NCBI GenBank assembly: GCA_045636065.1
Contig: JAZTWW010000049.1
Span: 5,168 to 69,167, forward strand
Source: Kiritimatiellia bacterium
GTDB lineage: Bacteria > Verrucomicrobiota > Kiritimatiellia > RFP12 > UBA1067
Reading direction: 5' to 3'
Length of the DNA: 64,000 bases
This document shows positions 18,083-27,443 of this stretch, piece after piece. The notes beneath the pieces are model-generated. The model saw only the letters and a list, made by a program, of their open reading frames with translations. It searched no databases and was not told where the DNA came from. Numbering within the stretch: position 1 is the first letter of the stretch; the number at the start of each line of letters is the position of its first letter. The translations under genes were made by a program, and so were the position numbers.

Positions 18083-20470
18083 TCAGTCCTCGTCGTCGGC
18101 GAGGTCCTTCTGCACGGGCTTGTCGCCGGATGCGGTCTTGCCGCTTGTGCGCTTTACGCCGCCTGGGGCGTAGGGTGAGTAGCCGTGCTTCGGCGAGTAG
18201 CCGTAGCCGCCGTACTTGGAGTAGCCGTACGTGTTGCCGGTCTGCGAGAACGCGCTGCCGCCAAGCTCCACGTCGTTGACGATGACGCCGATAACCGTGG
18301 CGCCGGCCTCCGCGAGACTGCGGCTTGCGTGGCGGATCGGTTTGAAGCGCGTCCTGTCCGGGCAGCAGAGGATCATGACGCTATCCACCATGGATGCGAG
18401 CGTCATGACGTCGCCGACGATGCCGTAAGGCGGCGAGTCGATGATTACGCGGTCGTAGTTGGCCCTGGCCCACGCGAAGAACTCGGGAACGACATGGCTT
18501 CCCATGATGCTCGCGGGGTCGACGCCCTCAGGAGGAAGCGAGCAGATGATGTCGAGGTTCTGCACGCCGCTCGGGTTCACGATCGACTGGAAATCGACCT
18601 TCTGCAGGTCGGTCGCCTTCTGGAGGCAGTGCGAGAACGAATGCGCCTCATCGATGTTGATGTTCCAGACGCGCTGGATGCGGGGACGGCGAAGGTCGAA
18701 GTCGACGAGAAGCGTCTTCTTCGCGGCCTGCGCGCTTGACGTTGCAAGCGAGCAGCTTGTGATCGTCTTGCCTTCGCCAGGCTGCGTGCTCATGAGAAGA
18801 AGCACCTGGCTCGAACCGCGGTAGCGCGGCGAGTCGAGGAGGTTTCTCAAGCCGGCGACGGCTTCTGCGAACTGCGAATACTTCTCCTCGGAGATGAAGC
18901 GCGCAACCTGCTCGCGCTTCTTGCGCCTGACGTGCGGAAGGACCGCGAGCACCTTGAGCGAGAGACGCCCTTCGATGTCGTGGAGGCTGACGATCGTATC
19001 TTCGAGGTGGTCGAGGACGAGAACGAAGAGAAGCCCGAAGCCGAGGCTGAGGACGATGCCGACGGCGAAGATGAGGATCGGGTTGGGGAGAACCGGCTTC
19101 GTGGGCGTCGTCGCGGGGCGCCCGATGCGCACGATCTCGTTGTTCTGCTCGGCGCGGATGCGCGCCTCGTTCTCGCTCTGGAGGAGGCTCTTGTAGAGCG
19201 TGTCGGCGACCTCCTGCTCGCGGGTCAGCTGCTGGAAGCCGCTTTCGGCCGCGATGATGCGCTGCGCAAGGGCGGCGCTCTCCGCGCGGACGCGCTCGGA
19301 CTTGCCGCGGAACTCGGCGAGCTGGTTCTTGTACGCCTGAAGGTTGCCCTTCGCCGTTGCAAGCGCGCGGACGACCGCATCGACGAACTGCTGCTTGTAG
19401 ACGTCGAGCTGCTTCTGCTTGAGGATCACCTCAGGGTGCTGCTTCGTGAGCGTCGTAAGAAGCGAGTTGCACTCCATCTGCGCCGTCTGGTACGTGTCGT
19501 ACGCCTTGGCGATTTCGCTTGAACGCGGAACTGCCGTAGGAAGCGCGCCGAAGTCCTCGGGCGTCTCCTGCGCGGCTTCGAGAACCTTCACCCACTCCTC
19601 GCCGGCCGTGACTTCGCTTTCAAGCCTCAGGATCTCGGCCGTCGTCTTGGAGAGGGTCTGGTTGAGAAGCTCCTGCTCGGCGCGCATGTTGTCGAGCTTG
19701 TTCGCGGTGCGGAAATCGAGGAGCTGCTTGGATACGCGCTCGACGGTACGCCTCTGCTTCTCGACCTGCTCGTGCACCTGCGTGACGGCCTTGTCGCACC
19801 TGAGCTTGTTCTCCTCGTCGGTGAAGGCCTCGATCGCCTGCGCATACGAGTTCGCAAGGCTCGCCGCGAGGTTGGCGGAGGGGCTTCTCACGGCGATCGT
19901 GATAAGCCTCGAGTGGCGGACGAGTTCAAGTACGCTGTCGGCGAGCGTCGTCATGAGTTCGCCGTCTGTGACGGTGCTCGCGGGGTAGTCCGCACGGTAC
20001 TGCTGGATGATCTTCGTGAGGATCTTATCGCTGCGCCAGTCGGAAAGGCGGGTGTTGAAGACTTCCTCGTAGCTGTTGCCGAAGTCCGGCGTATCGACCA
20101 TGCCGACGCCGGCGAGGCCGCCGGACTGCTGGGGACGGCGCATGTCGATCGTGAACTCGCTCTTCGCCTCGTATACCGTCTCGGAGATGCGGTAGACGGC
20201 GAATGCGGCAACAAGGCCGATAAGAAGGAACACGAGAATCGATATCCACCTCTGGCCGACGACCCTCAGAATGCGCCCGATCGTGATCGTACCGACGAGC
20301 GAATCGGGATCCTGGTCCTGGTTAGCGCCGCCGCCGTAGTAGTACGGTGCGGCCTTACCGCCGGAGCTGCCGTAGTAGTACGGAGCCTTGGTGCTCCCGT
20401 AGTAGATCGGGGAGTTCTTTGATGTGCCGTAGTAGAGCGGTTTCTGTCCGTATGTCGAATCAGCGGCCAT
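18083..20470 (-). CDS. Polysaccharide co-polymerase / tyrosine autokinase (Wzc/GumC-like). Has both N- and C-terminal Tyr-rich clusters.
   Basis: 795 aa. Wzz-like N-domain with TM (ILVFLLIGLVAAFAVY), coiled-coil, second TM, then C-terminal P-loop kinase domain (MSTQPGEGKTITSCSLA; VIIDSPP). C-terminal YGYSKYGGYGYSPKHGYSPY. N-terminal PLYYG/PIYYG/PYYYG/PYYYG repeats. Confidence 0.85.
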   Translation of the reverse strand: MAADSTYGQKPLYYGTSKNSPIYYGSTKAPYYYGSSGGKAAPYYYGGGANQDQDPDSLVGTITIGRILRVVGQRWISILVFLLIGLVAAFAVYRISETVYEAKSEFTIDMRRPQQSGGLAGVGMVDTPDFGNSYEEVFNTRLSDWRSDKILTKIIQQYRADYPASTVTDGELMTTLADSVLELVRHSRLITIAVRSPSANLAASLANSYAQAIEAFTDEENKLRCDKAVTQVHEQVEKQRRTVERVSKQLLDFRTANKLDNMRAEQELLNQTLSKTTAEILRLESEVTAGEEWVKVLEAAQETPEDFGALPTAVPRSSEIAKAYDTYQTAQMECNSLLTTLTKQHPEVILKQKQLDVYKQQFVDAVVRALATAKGNLQAYKNQLAEFRGKSERVRAESAALAQRIIAAESGFQQLTREQEVADTLYKSLLQSENEARIRAEQNNEIVRIGRPATTPTKPVLPNPILIFAVGIVLSLGFGLLFVLVLDHLEDTIVSLHDIEGRLSLKVLAVLPHVRRKKREQVARFISEEKYSQFAEAVAGLRNLLDSPRYRGSSQVLLLMSTQPGEGKTITSCSLATSSAQAAKKTLLVDFDLRRPRIQRVWNINIDEAHSFSHCLQKATDLQKVDFQSIVNPSGVQNLDIICSLPPEGVDPASIMGSHVVPEFFAWARANYDRVIIDSPPYGIVGDVMTLASMVDSVMILCCPDRTRFKPIRHASRSLAEAGATVIGVIVNDVELGGSAFSQTGNTYGYSKYGGYGYSPKHGYSPYAPGGVKRTSGKTASGDKPVQKDLADDED

Positions 20471-20477
20471 AGTTGTC

Positions 20478-21905
20478 TCATTTCTTTTTGGGGCGCGGGA
20501 ATGACGCTGCCGAAAGCGCCATTGGCACGGCCAGCGTGAACAGGAACGACTTCAGCTGGAAGACGGAACTCCAGAGCGCATCGGTCGCCATGGTTGCAAG
20601 AACGAGCGGAGCCACCCACGCAAGGGGTGATACCGCAAACGGGAAGATGTCGATGTCGCTTTCACCCTTGAGTGCGATGACGCCCATAACAAGGCGGTAG
20701 CCCCAGGTGCAAAGAAGGAATGCGACGATGGTTGCCAGAACTCCTGCGCCGACGATTCCCCGCTCGGAGAGGAGCGCCCAGTACGAGTTCGAGGGAAGCC
20801 CCGGGGTAGGCGGGAGATGCTCCCAGTCCTCCTCGGTGGCGAAGAAAGGAAGGTGCAGCCTGTACGCGCCGTCGCCTGCACCGCACCACGGGGACTTGAG
20901 CCAGACCTTCTGGGCGATTCCGTCGAGAACTGCCTCGACGGCCTCAGCCTTCGCGGCCGCCTCCATGGTCTTTTTCGATTCGACGTCGAGCTGCGCGGTC
21001 TTGTCGGCTATAACCCGCTCGTTGGCCGCAAGCATGTAGGAAAGCACTGGAACAAGAATGGAGAAGACGAGAATCACGAGAATGCGCGCCATCGCTCCCT
21101 TGGAGACTGATCTCATGACGTATACAACCGAGAAAAGCGAAAAGACGAGTACGGCGCCAAGGATCGACAAGGCTTCGATCGGGGGCATGAAAAGCGCGAT
21201 CGCCCCGATGTTTCCGCCCATCCCGAGCCAGAAGGGAAACCTTGCGTACCCCCACTTGTACGTTTCGGCCTGGGCCGCCGCAGCAATCTGGACAAAGGCC
21301 CAACCGGCGAAAACGCTACCCATGTACGGCGCATCGCCATACCTTGCAAGGGCCTCCTTCTCGAACCCCTCGACTCCAACGAGGGCGAGAATCGTGAGCG
21401 CAAGGCCGCCTGCGCCGACGACCGTGGATGCGGCGATTGAGAACCAGGCGCGCCCCTTGGGACCTAGACCGTGCCTTATGCCCTGGACCGTAAGGGCTAC
21501 GCCGAGCGCTACGGCGAAGGGAAGATAACCTGTCCCATCCACGCCGCCAGGCATGTTTTCAAGAGCGCGGTCCTTAACGAGCCACAGAGTCTGTTCGGCA
21601 TCGTAGAAAAGCGAGATGCCGCTATTGAGCCATCTTATCGCGGCGATGACGATGGCAGTCATGAAGAGCCACGTGAAGGGATCCTTCACAAGGGCCAAAA
21701 GAACGCGCTTTCGCGCGTCCGTCAGGCCCTCGCCGCTATGAAGAGCCGGCTCCATAAGAAGCCAGATCAATGAAAATGCGCAGAGCCACAAAACCGTTCC
21801 TGCAAGGGCATCGCCCCCCAAGAACGGCGTAAGGGCCACCGGCAGCGACGCTAGAAGCGCCAGGTGCGCGGCGAGCCCATACTTGGTTACTATCCTGAGA
21901 AACAT
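20478..21905 (-). CDS. O-antigen ligase / Wzy-like polymerase family integral membrane protein
   Basis: 475 aa with about 10-12 TM helices and a periplasmic loop. Position within the Wza/Wzc locus. Assignment is from topology and context, not a strong motif. Confidence 0.5.
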   Translation of the reverse strand: MFLRIVTKYGLAAHLALLASLPVALTPFLGGDALAGTVLWLCAFSLIWLLMEPALHSGEGLTDARKRVLLALVKDPFTWLFMTAIVIAAIRWLNSGISLFYDAEQTLWLVKDRALENMPGGVDGTGYLPFAVALGVALTVQGIRHGLGPKGRAWFSIAASTVVGAGGLALTILALVGVEGFEKEALARYGDAPYMGSVFAGWAFVQIAAAAQAETYKWGYARFPFWLGMGGNIGAIALFMPPIEALSILGAVLVFSLFSVVYVMRSVSKGAMARILVILVFSILVPVLSYMLAANERVIADKTAQLDVESKKTMEAAAKAEAVEAVLDGIAQKVWLKSPWCGAGDGAYRLHLPFFATEEDWEHLPPTPGLPSNSYWALLSERGIVGAGVLATIVAFLLCTWGYRLVMGVIALKGESDIDIFPFAVSPLAWVAPLVLATMATDALWSSVFQLKSFLFTLAVPMALSAASFPRPKKK

Positions 21906-21941
21906 CTTACGCTAACAGAGGATAGGAATCCACCAGTCGCA

Positions 21942-23135
21942 TCAATAGTGGAACTGGAGACCGACCGTGCCGCGGAAGCGGTCATAGTCGTACGACGTCC
22001 CGCGCTGATACCACTCCTTCTCCCAGGTGAGAGTCGTGAAGACGCTGACCCAGCGGTTGATGGTATACTGGCCGCCGACGCGGAAGGAGACGGTGTCCTC
22101 GTCCGCATTCTTGGAGCCGGTGTAGTAGCAGTTCTCCTCATGACGGTACATCACATCGCCGGTGAGCCTCAGGTGGTCGCCGAGCGTGAGATAGGAAAGA
22201 CCCGTCGAGAGAGCGTAGATCTTGCTGGCGTTGCCGGCGTAGCGCTCGCTGGGCTGATAGTAGCTGGAACCGCGTACGGAGAAGTTGAGCGTACGGGTGA
22301 TCTTCCAGTTGCCGTCGAGCTGATACGTCCAGCCGCTGTCAGAACGGTTGTGGCCGCCGTAGTTGAGCCAGCTGGCACCGGCGAGGGCGCGGTACTCGAT
22401 GCGGCGGGTGGCACGCGTGCCGAGACCGGCCATGACCGTGTAGCTCTCGGACGTGTTCTTGGTGGCGGAGGTGCCTTTCTGCTTGTAGTGGCTGTAGCCG
22501 CCCGCGAGGAGGACGTCCGTCCAAGGCGTGATGGCGTAGCCGCCTTCAAGCTGGGTGCTCCAGCTGCTCCAGCCGTAGAGGGGAGCGTAACCGGAACCGT
22601 TCTTGTAATCGAGCCAGTCGTACTGACCCATCACGCCCATGTGGAAGCGGCTGGAGAAGCGCCGCTCGAGGGCGGCGGTGGCGTTTATGCGCTCACGATC
22701 GCGCCAGATGCCGCGGCCGTCACCGGAGTTGATCGAGTCGGACGCGCTGATGTTCTGGTAGCGCTCGGCGAGCATAAGGCTCCAGCCCTTCTGGTTGGGC
22801 TCGCTCGAAGCGAACTTGTAGGTGAGGCCTTCGCCGTAGCTGTCCTCGCCCATCTCGCTATTGTTCTTCGCGTAGTGCTTGTAGCGGTACCAGGCGTTGC
22901 CGGAGAGGCTCCAGCGGTCTCCCTTCCACTCGGCGTTGGCGCCGGGGGTGACGGAGAAGATGCTGTCGTCCTCGCCGTGGTGCGTGGTATCGAGGTTGCT
23001 GTCGTACGTGTAGGCGACGTTCAAGTAGGGCTTGATGGTGAGGTGCTCACCAAAGCGGAAGCCCGTGGGAAGGCCCGCCTGGGCGCCGAGGGCGAGAGCC
23101 GCCGCGCCGACGAATGCTGTTGTACGCTTGTTCAT
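21942..23135 (-). CDS. Putative outer-membrane beta-barrel protein of the EPS locus
   Basis: Signal peptide MNKRTTAFVGAAALALGAQA. Alternating aromatic/polar beta-strand pattern, abundant Tyr/Trp/Gly. C-terminal aromatic terminus ...GLQFHY typical of OMPs. Confidence 0.55.
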   Translation of the reverse strand: MNKRTTAFVGAAALALGAQAGLPTGFRFGEHLTIKPYLNVAYTYDSNLDTTHHGEDDSIFSVTPGANAEWKGDRWSLSGNAWYRYKHYAKNNSEMGEDSYGEGLTYKFASSEPNQKGWSLMLAERYQNISASDSINSGDGRGIWRDRERINATAALERRFSSRFHMGVMGQYDWLDYKNGSGYAPLYGWSSWSTQLEGGYAITPWTDVLLAGGYSHYKQKGTSATKNTSESYTVMAGLGTRATRRIEYRALAGASWLNYGGHNRSDSGWTYQLDGNWKITRTLNFSVRGSSYYQPSERYAGNASKIYALSTGLSYLTLGDHLRLTGDVMYRHEENCYYTGSKNADEDTVSFRVGGQYTINRWVSVFTTLTWEKEWYQRGTSYDYDRFRGTVGLQFHY

Positions 23136-23163
23136 TTCTTTCTACTCTCTTTCAAGTTGGAAA

Positions 23164-24123
23164 TCAGTACGTCGCCTGGCCGTTATAGGTGGCGTTGCCG
23201 CGCCTGCGGCTGTACCACTCGCTGTCCTTGTCGCTGACGGCTTCACGGGGGATCTGGGGGCTGATGCCGGCGCCCATGTTCTCCTGGATCTCGGCTGCGA
23301 GAGGATCGAAGCCGACGGCCTGGTAGAAGCCACCGACGGCGTCGGTCGCATCAGCGGAGGAGAAGTTCTCGCTGGCCATCGAAGCGAGCATCGAGCCACC
23401 CGTGGAGAGCGGAGGCGTAAGGATGTTCACGAAAGCGTGGTTGGGCTCCGTACCGGCACGGGCGACGCCGAGCATCGGATCGTACGTCTGGACCTGGTCG
23501 ACGCCGAGCGCCGCGGGGATCCAGACCTCGCCGGCCGTCTCCTGATAGTTCTCGGGAAGGACGTTGACGAGCTTGTCGGTGAGACCCTCGGGGGTGCCGC
23601 CGGATGCGCGCACGAACGAGAGAAGCGCGAACGTCGAGCGGACGGCGCCCTCATCGCTGTCGCCGGCGCGCTCTGCTACCGCACGGACCGCAGCTTCGGC
23701 GATGTCCTGGAACTGCTCGTCGGTGACGCCCTGGGCACCATCGGCGGAACGGTTGAAGACGTCAGTGGCGAGGCGCTCGTTAACGTCGGTGAGGTACTCG
23801 GTCGGGATCGTGGCGAAGATTTCGGCGATCACGGAATTGACGTCCGAGGAGCCCTCGATGGCGGCCTTCGCGGCTGCGATGTAGGCTGCCGCCCTCTGCT
23901 CGTTCGAACCGGGCATCTTGGATATCGCCTCGTTCACCTCGGAGACGAAGGACTTCTGATCGGCGGCGGAGAGCTGGACGATCGTGGACTTCAATGCGCT
24001 GGCATTCTGGGCGCACTCGCTCACGAGCCCATGCCATTCGCTGCGCGGCATCTCGGCCGTGGCACCTGCTGCAAGAAGCGCGAGCGCGCAACCTGCGACT
24101 ATCTTCAACGTTTTAACGTTCAT
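23164..24123 (-). CDS. Hypothetical secreted protein
   Basis: 319 aa. Signal peptide MNVKTLKIVAGCALALLAAGATA. Ala-rich helical protein. No recognisable domain. Confidence 0.45.
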   Translation of the reverse strand: MNVKTLKIVAGCALALLAAGATAEMPRSEWHGLVSECAQNASALKSTIVQLSAADQKSFVSEVNEAISKMPGSNEQRAAAYIAAAKAAIEGSSDVNSVIAEIFATIPTEYLTDVNERLATDVFNRSADGAQGVTDEQFQDIAEAAVRAVAERAGDSDEGAVRSTFALLSFVRASGGTPEGLTDKLVNVLPENYQETAGEVWIPAALGVDQVQTYDPMLGVARAGTEPNHAFVNILTPPLSTGGSMLASMASENFSSADATDAVGGFYQAVGFDPLAAEIQENMGAGISPQIPREAVSDKDSEWYSRRRGNATYNGQATY

Positions 24124-24149
24124 TTTTTATCCTCCTGAAGTTTTGAAAA

Positions 24150-24839
24150 TCAATACCATGACATCGGAACCCACACGACATCCCCTGCCCTGAGGATGAT
24201 GTCGCGGTCGGGGCGGCCCTCTTCGCCGATTTCGACGAGATCGACCCTGGTCTTCGTCTTGGTGCCGTCCTTCTCGCAATGGGTTACGCGAATGCGGCGC
24301 TTGTCGGCGATGTTCGTGACCCCGCCCGCGAGCTGGAGAGCGCGCGTGACGCGCAGATCCTGCGTGGAGGGGACGTCAACCGGGCCGGGGCGCTGGACTT
24401 CGCCCATCACCGTGACCGTGCCCCAGGGGCTTACCATGTTCTGGCCGCTCTGATAGATGAAGACGGCCGTAACATGCGGGTCGATGTAATACTGCTTGTA
24501 GGCTTCCGTGATCTTCTGCTGGAGCTCGATGAGGGAGAGCCCGTCGCACTTGACCTGGCCGACGAGATCCATCGTGATGTATCCCTCGGCATCGACGAAA
24601 TACTGCTTCTGCTCGCGGCCCGAGGCGCCGGTGGCCGTCACCGAAATGGCGAGCGCCACGCCCGGCCTTACGACAGGACCTTCGAAATAGACGGCTTCCG
24701 GCTCGTTCACCTCTTTGCCCTGCTCTTCGCCGAAGAGGCTGTTCCACGCATGGGACAAGCCCTCCATGATGCATCCCGACGAGCAGGTCAGGATCACCGA
24801 AAGCGCCATATAGGCGGAAATCTTGTGCATGATGTTCAT
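24150..24839 (-). CDS. Polysaccharide export outer-membrane lipoprotein (Wza/OPX family)
   Basis: Lipobox LTCSSGC. Poly_export-like segment (YFEGPVVRPGVALAISVT...YITMDLVGQVK..GLSL.ELQ..I...Y..YY..P.V.V). SLBB-like end (DIILRAGDVVWVP). Confidence 0.8.
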   Translation of the reverse strand: MNIMHKISAYMALSVILTCSSGCIMEGLSHAWNSLFGEEQGKEVNEPEAVYFEGPVVRPGVALAISVTATGASGREQKQYFVDAEGYITMDLVGQVKCDGLSLIELQQKITEAYKQYYIDPHVTAVFIYQSGQNMVSPWGTVTVMGEVQRPGPVDVPSTQDLRVTRALQLAGGVTNIADKRRIRVTHCEKDGTKTKTRVDLVEIGEEGRPDRDIILRAGDVVWVPMSWY

Positions 24840-24962
24840 GTTAAAGTTTTTTCAGGGCATAGTCCCCCCGAAAATCGGACCATAGTATATCACATTTTTC
24901 TTGCGTCTGCAATACCAAAATGCGACGGTCTTTTTCGGGGGGATGGAACCCTCTCCCTTTGT

Positions 24963-26381
24963 TTATTTCTTCTTGAAGTAGGCCTCGATCTCCTCAAGCG
25001 TCTTGCCCTTCGTCTCAGGCATGAAGAACGCTGCGGTGATGAAGTAGATTACGGTGAAGCCGGCGAGCGTGAAGAAGATGCTCTCGTATCCGAACTTGTC
25101 CGCCCAGGGGAGGAAGACGGATGCGATCGTCGTGGAGACGCCCTGGTTTATGAGAAGCGCTATCGACATGCCGTTTGCGCGGATGCGGTTGGGCATGAGC
25201 TCGGACAGGGCGAGCCACACGCAGACGCCCGGGCCGACGGCGTAGAACGCGATGAAGATGACGAAGCCGACCATGACGGTGATGCCGGTCGCGAGGCTGG
25301 CAGCCGCCCAGCCGCGGGAGATGGCGAGGAACGTGGAACCGACTATCGCAAGGCCAGCGATGATTCCGCTCGTTCCAAGCTTGAGGAGGAACGTGCGGCC
25401 CTTCTTGTCGACGAGCGCGACGGCGACAACCGTCATTATGACATTGACGATCTTGAAGCCGAGGTCCGCCCAGTTGGCGAATTCGCCCTGGAAGCCGGCC
25501 TCCTGGAAGATCTTGACGGAGTAGTTGAGCGCCGAGTTGACGCCCGTGGCCTGCGTGCATGCGAGGACTACGACTGCGAGGATGAAGGGAACGACGTACT
25601 TCCTCTGGAGAAGCGAATCCTTGGAGGCGGCATTCTTCGCCTTCTCCGCGGCCTCGGCCTCGTCGGCCTTGATCATCTCGTCGAGGATCTCCTTCGCCTT
25701 CTCTTCGCCGTTGTTCGCGGCAAGGCTCTCAAGGGCCTCGTCCCTGCGGCCGCGCCTGTAGAGCCAGCGGGGGGACTCCTTCAGCTTGAACGCGCCGAAG
25801 AAGAGGATGAGTCCGGGAACGGCGGAGCACCAGAAGATCGTCTGCCAGGCGATTATCTTCGAGGAGGCGGAGACGGCTTCGCTGTCGGCAGGGCCGACGC
25901 CGTACGCAACCACAAGACCGACGACAGCCGCAAAGACGAGACCTATCGTAAGAAGGAGCTGGAACATGCCCGTACCCTTGCCGCGCGAGTTGGCGTCAAG
26001 GCACTCGGCGAGATACATGGGAACGACGACTCCGACGAGACCGGCGGATGCGCCCTGGAGAATGCGGCCAGCCGTAAGGCAGAAGAAGCCGTTGTCGAAG
26101 AGGACGCTCGCGCAGATGATCGGAATGGAAAGCGTGAAGCAGAGCGCGGAGATGAGAATCACCTTCTTGCGGCCGAGCCACTCGGCGAGCGCACCGGCGA
26201 AAAGCGATGAAAGGACGCTGCCGAAAAGAACCGCGCTCACCACGAACGACAGCTGCTGGCTCGAATAGCTGCTCGTCTTTTCGATGTACGGAAGCGCGGC
26301 TGCAATAACGCCCACGTCTATTCCGTAGAGAAGCCCGCCTAGGCCGGCCATTATAAGGAGATACCTTGCGTAGTTCTTCAT
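24963..26381 (-). CDS. MFS sugar porter family transporter
   Basis: 472 aa, 12 TM helices. GR..G.RK motifs (WLGRKKV; PESPRWL; KGRTFLL; PETKGKTLEEIE), diagnostic of the sugar-porter subfamily. Confidence 0.85.
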   Translation of the reverse strand: MKNYARYLLIMAGLGGLLYGIDVGVIAAALPYIEKTSSYSSQQLSFVVSAVLFGSVLSSLFAGALAEWLGRKKVILISALCFTLSIPIICASVLFDNGFFCLTAGRILQGASAGLVGVVVPMYLAECLDANSRGKGTGMFQLLLTIGLVFAAVVGLVVAYGVGPADSEAVSASSKIIAWQTIFWCSAVPGLILFFGAFKLKESPRWLYRRGRRDEALESLAANNGEEKAKEILDEMIKADEAEAAEKAKNAASKDSLLQRKYVVPFILAVVVLACTQATGVNSALNYSVKIFQEAGFQGEFANWADLGFKIVNVIMTVVAVALVDKKGRTFLLKLGTSGIIAGLAIVGSTFLAISRGWAAASLATGITVMVGFVIFIAFYAVGPGVCVWLALSELMPNRIRANGMSIALLINQGVSTTIASVFLPWADKFGYESIFFTLAGFTVIYFITAAFFMPETKGKTLEEIEAYFKKK

Positions 26382-26466
26382 CGCTTGTCCTTTCCTTGGT
26401 TTGGAATCGTCAATCTACCACATATCGTTTCCGTAGTCAACCGTTTTGCTACGGCAAAAATCGGCC

Positions 26467-26934
26467 CTACCAACCGGAGCGCTCCATGTCGCGCCTGACG
26501 GCCTTCTCCTTTAGGGAATCGCGCTTGTCGTGCAGGTTCTTGCCGCGCGCCACGCCAAGCTCCAGCTTTACGCGCCCCTTCTTTAGATACAGCCTCAAAG
26601 GTATCAGCGTAAGGCCCTTCGCCTCCGTCTTCATCTTTAGAAGCTGTATCTCCTTCGCGTGCACGAGGAGCTTCCTGTTCCTTTTCGGGTCGTGGTTGAA
26701 CCTGTTGCCGAAGGCGTATACGGGGATGTTCATCTGCACGATGAAAAGCTCGCCCCCGAGAACGGCACCATAAGCTCCGGCAAGGGAGGCCTCGCCCCTT
26801 CTCACCACCTTGACCTCGGTGCCAGTCAACGCAATACCGCACTCGATCTTTTCGAGTACGGTATAGTCGTGCCACGCCCTGCGGTTTACGGCGAGGTCGC
26901 CCACTTCAGGGGCCTTCTTTCCGCTTGCCGCCAT
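26467..26934 (-). CDS. smpB: SsrA-binding protein
   Basis: 155 aa. AVNRRAWHDYTVLEKIECGIALTGTEVKVVRRG.ASL..AY... and C-terminal KKGRVKLELGVARGK.LHDKRD are typical of SmpB. Confidence 0.95.
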   Translation of the reverse strand: MAASGKKAPEVGDLAVNRRAWHDYTVLEKIECGIALTGTEVKVVRRGEASLAGAYGAVLGGELFIVQMNIPVYAFGNRFNHDPKRNRKLLVHAKEIQLLKMKTEAKGLTLIPLRLYLKKGRVKLELGVARGKNLHDKRDSLKEKAVRRDMERSGW

Positions 26935-27210
26935 TTACAGCGTGAATATGGACTTGCTCGCCGCGTGCTTGTTCCACTTCGTCTTGGCATCCTCCGCGCG
27001 GGCGATCGCGTCGAAGTCAATCTCGGAGATGAGCTTGCCTTCCGCGACCTCCCTCAAAGCGATGTCAACCTTGTCCTCATCCGAAGAATGAGGCTTGACG
27101 AGCGGCTTTTCGCCGTTTATAAGCTGCTTGGCGCGCTTTGAAATGAGATTGACGAGCACAGGAACCGAAGGGACGCGCTCGTGGGCCTGCTTAAGCAATT
27201 CTGTATCCAT
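26935..27210 (-). CDS. rpoZ: DNA-directed RNA polymerase subunit omega (probable)
   Basis: VLVNLISKRAKQLINGEKPLV matches the omega core motif (LV..A..RARQL..G..PLV). Start set at the ATG MDTELL (27208-27210) with GAGAGGAAAG RBS. The ORF-track start at 27228 is a TTG. Confidence 0.6.
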   Translation of the reverse strand: MDTELLKQAHERVPSVPVLVNLISKRAKQLINGEKPLVKPHSSDEDKVDIALREVAEGKLISEIDFDAIARAEDAKTKWNKHAASKSIFTL

Positions 27211-27240
27211 GATGAACTTTCCTCTCAAAAGGGAAGTGGT

Positions 27241-27246
27241 ATTATA
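27241..27246 (-). promoter_or_regulatory. Putative -10 element (TATAAT on minus strand) for rpoZ-smpB
   Basis: Minus strand reads atttagTATAATaccac, about 30 nt upstream of the rpoZ ATG. Confidence 0.35.
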
Positions 27247-27293
27247 CTAAATATCTCGGCAAAAATCAAGCCCCTTGCAAATTTTGGTGGCGT

Positions 27294-27377
27294 GTCACGC
27301 TCATGTCACGCTCATGTCACGTTCATGTCACGCTTTTGTCACGCTTTTGTCACGTTCATGTCACGCTCATGTCACAC
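27294..27377. repeat. Tandem array of 7.6 copies of an 11-bp unit (GTCACGCTCAT, with variants GTCACGTTCAT and GTCACGCTTTT) in a divergent intergenic region
   Basis: Read directly: gtcacgctcat gtcacgctcat gtcacgttcat gtcacgctttt gtcacgctttt gtcacgttcat gtcacgctcat gtcacac. The period is about one helical turn. The array ends 19 bp upstream of the TATAAT at 27397. Confidence 0.9.
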
Positions 27378-27393
27378 AAGGAAAACGGAAATC

Positions 27394-27402
27394 TGCTATA
27401 AT
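27394..27402 (+). promoter_or_regulatory. Extended -10 promoter (TGcTATAAT) for the + strand two-gene cassette
   Basis: ctgcTATAATctcg with TG at -15/-14. No good -35; that position is occupied by the last TGTCAC repeat units. Followed by AAGGAG RBS 7 nt before the ATG at 27444. Confidence 0.5.
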
Positions 27403-27443
27403 CTCGGGCGCAAGGCGCTTAAGGCGCAGAAAGGAGATGAACG

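Noticed and set aside
21864-23237. 457-aa and other long + strand ORFs across 18-26 kb (e.g. 24279..26210 643 aa, 23032..24138, 10908..12059, 7293..8273)
   Set aside because: All overlap well-supported minus-strand genes (OMP, MFS transporter, Wzc, giant proteins). Translations are Arg/Gly/Asp/Ala/Val-rich low-complexity strings, typical of high-GC antisense frames. No RBS or start context.
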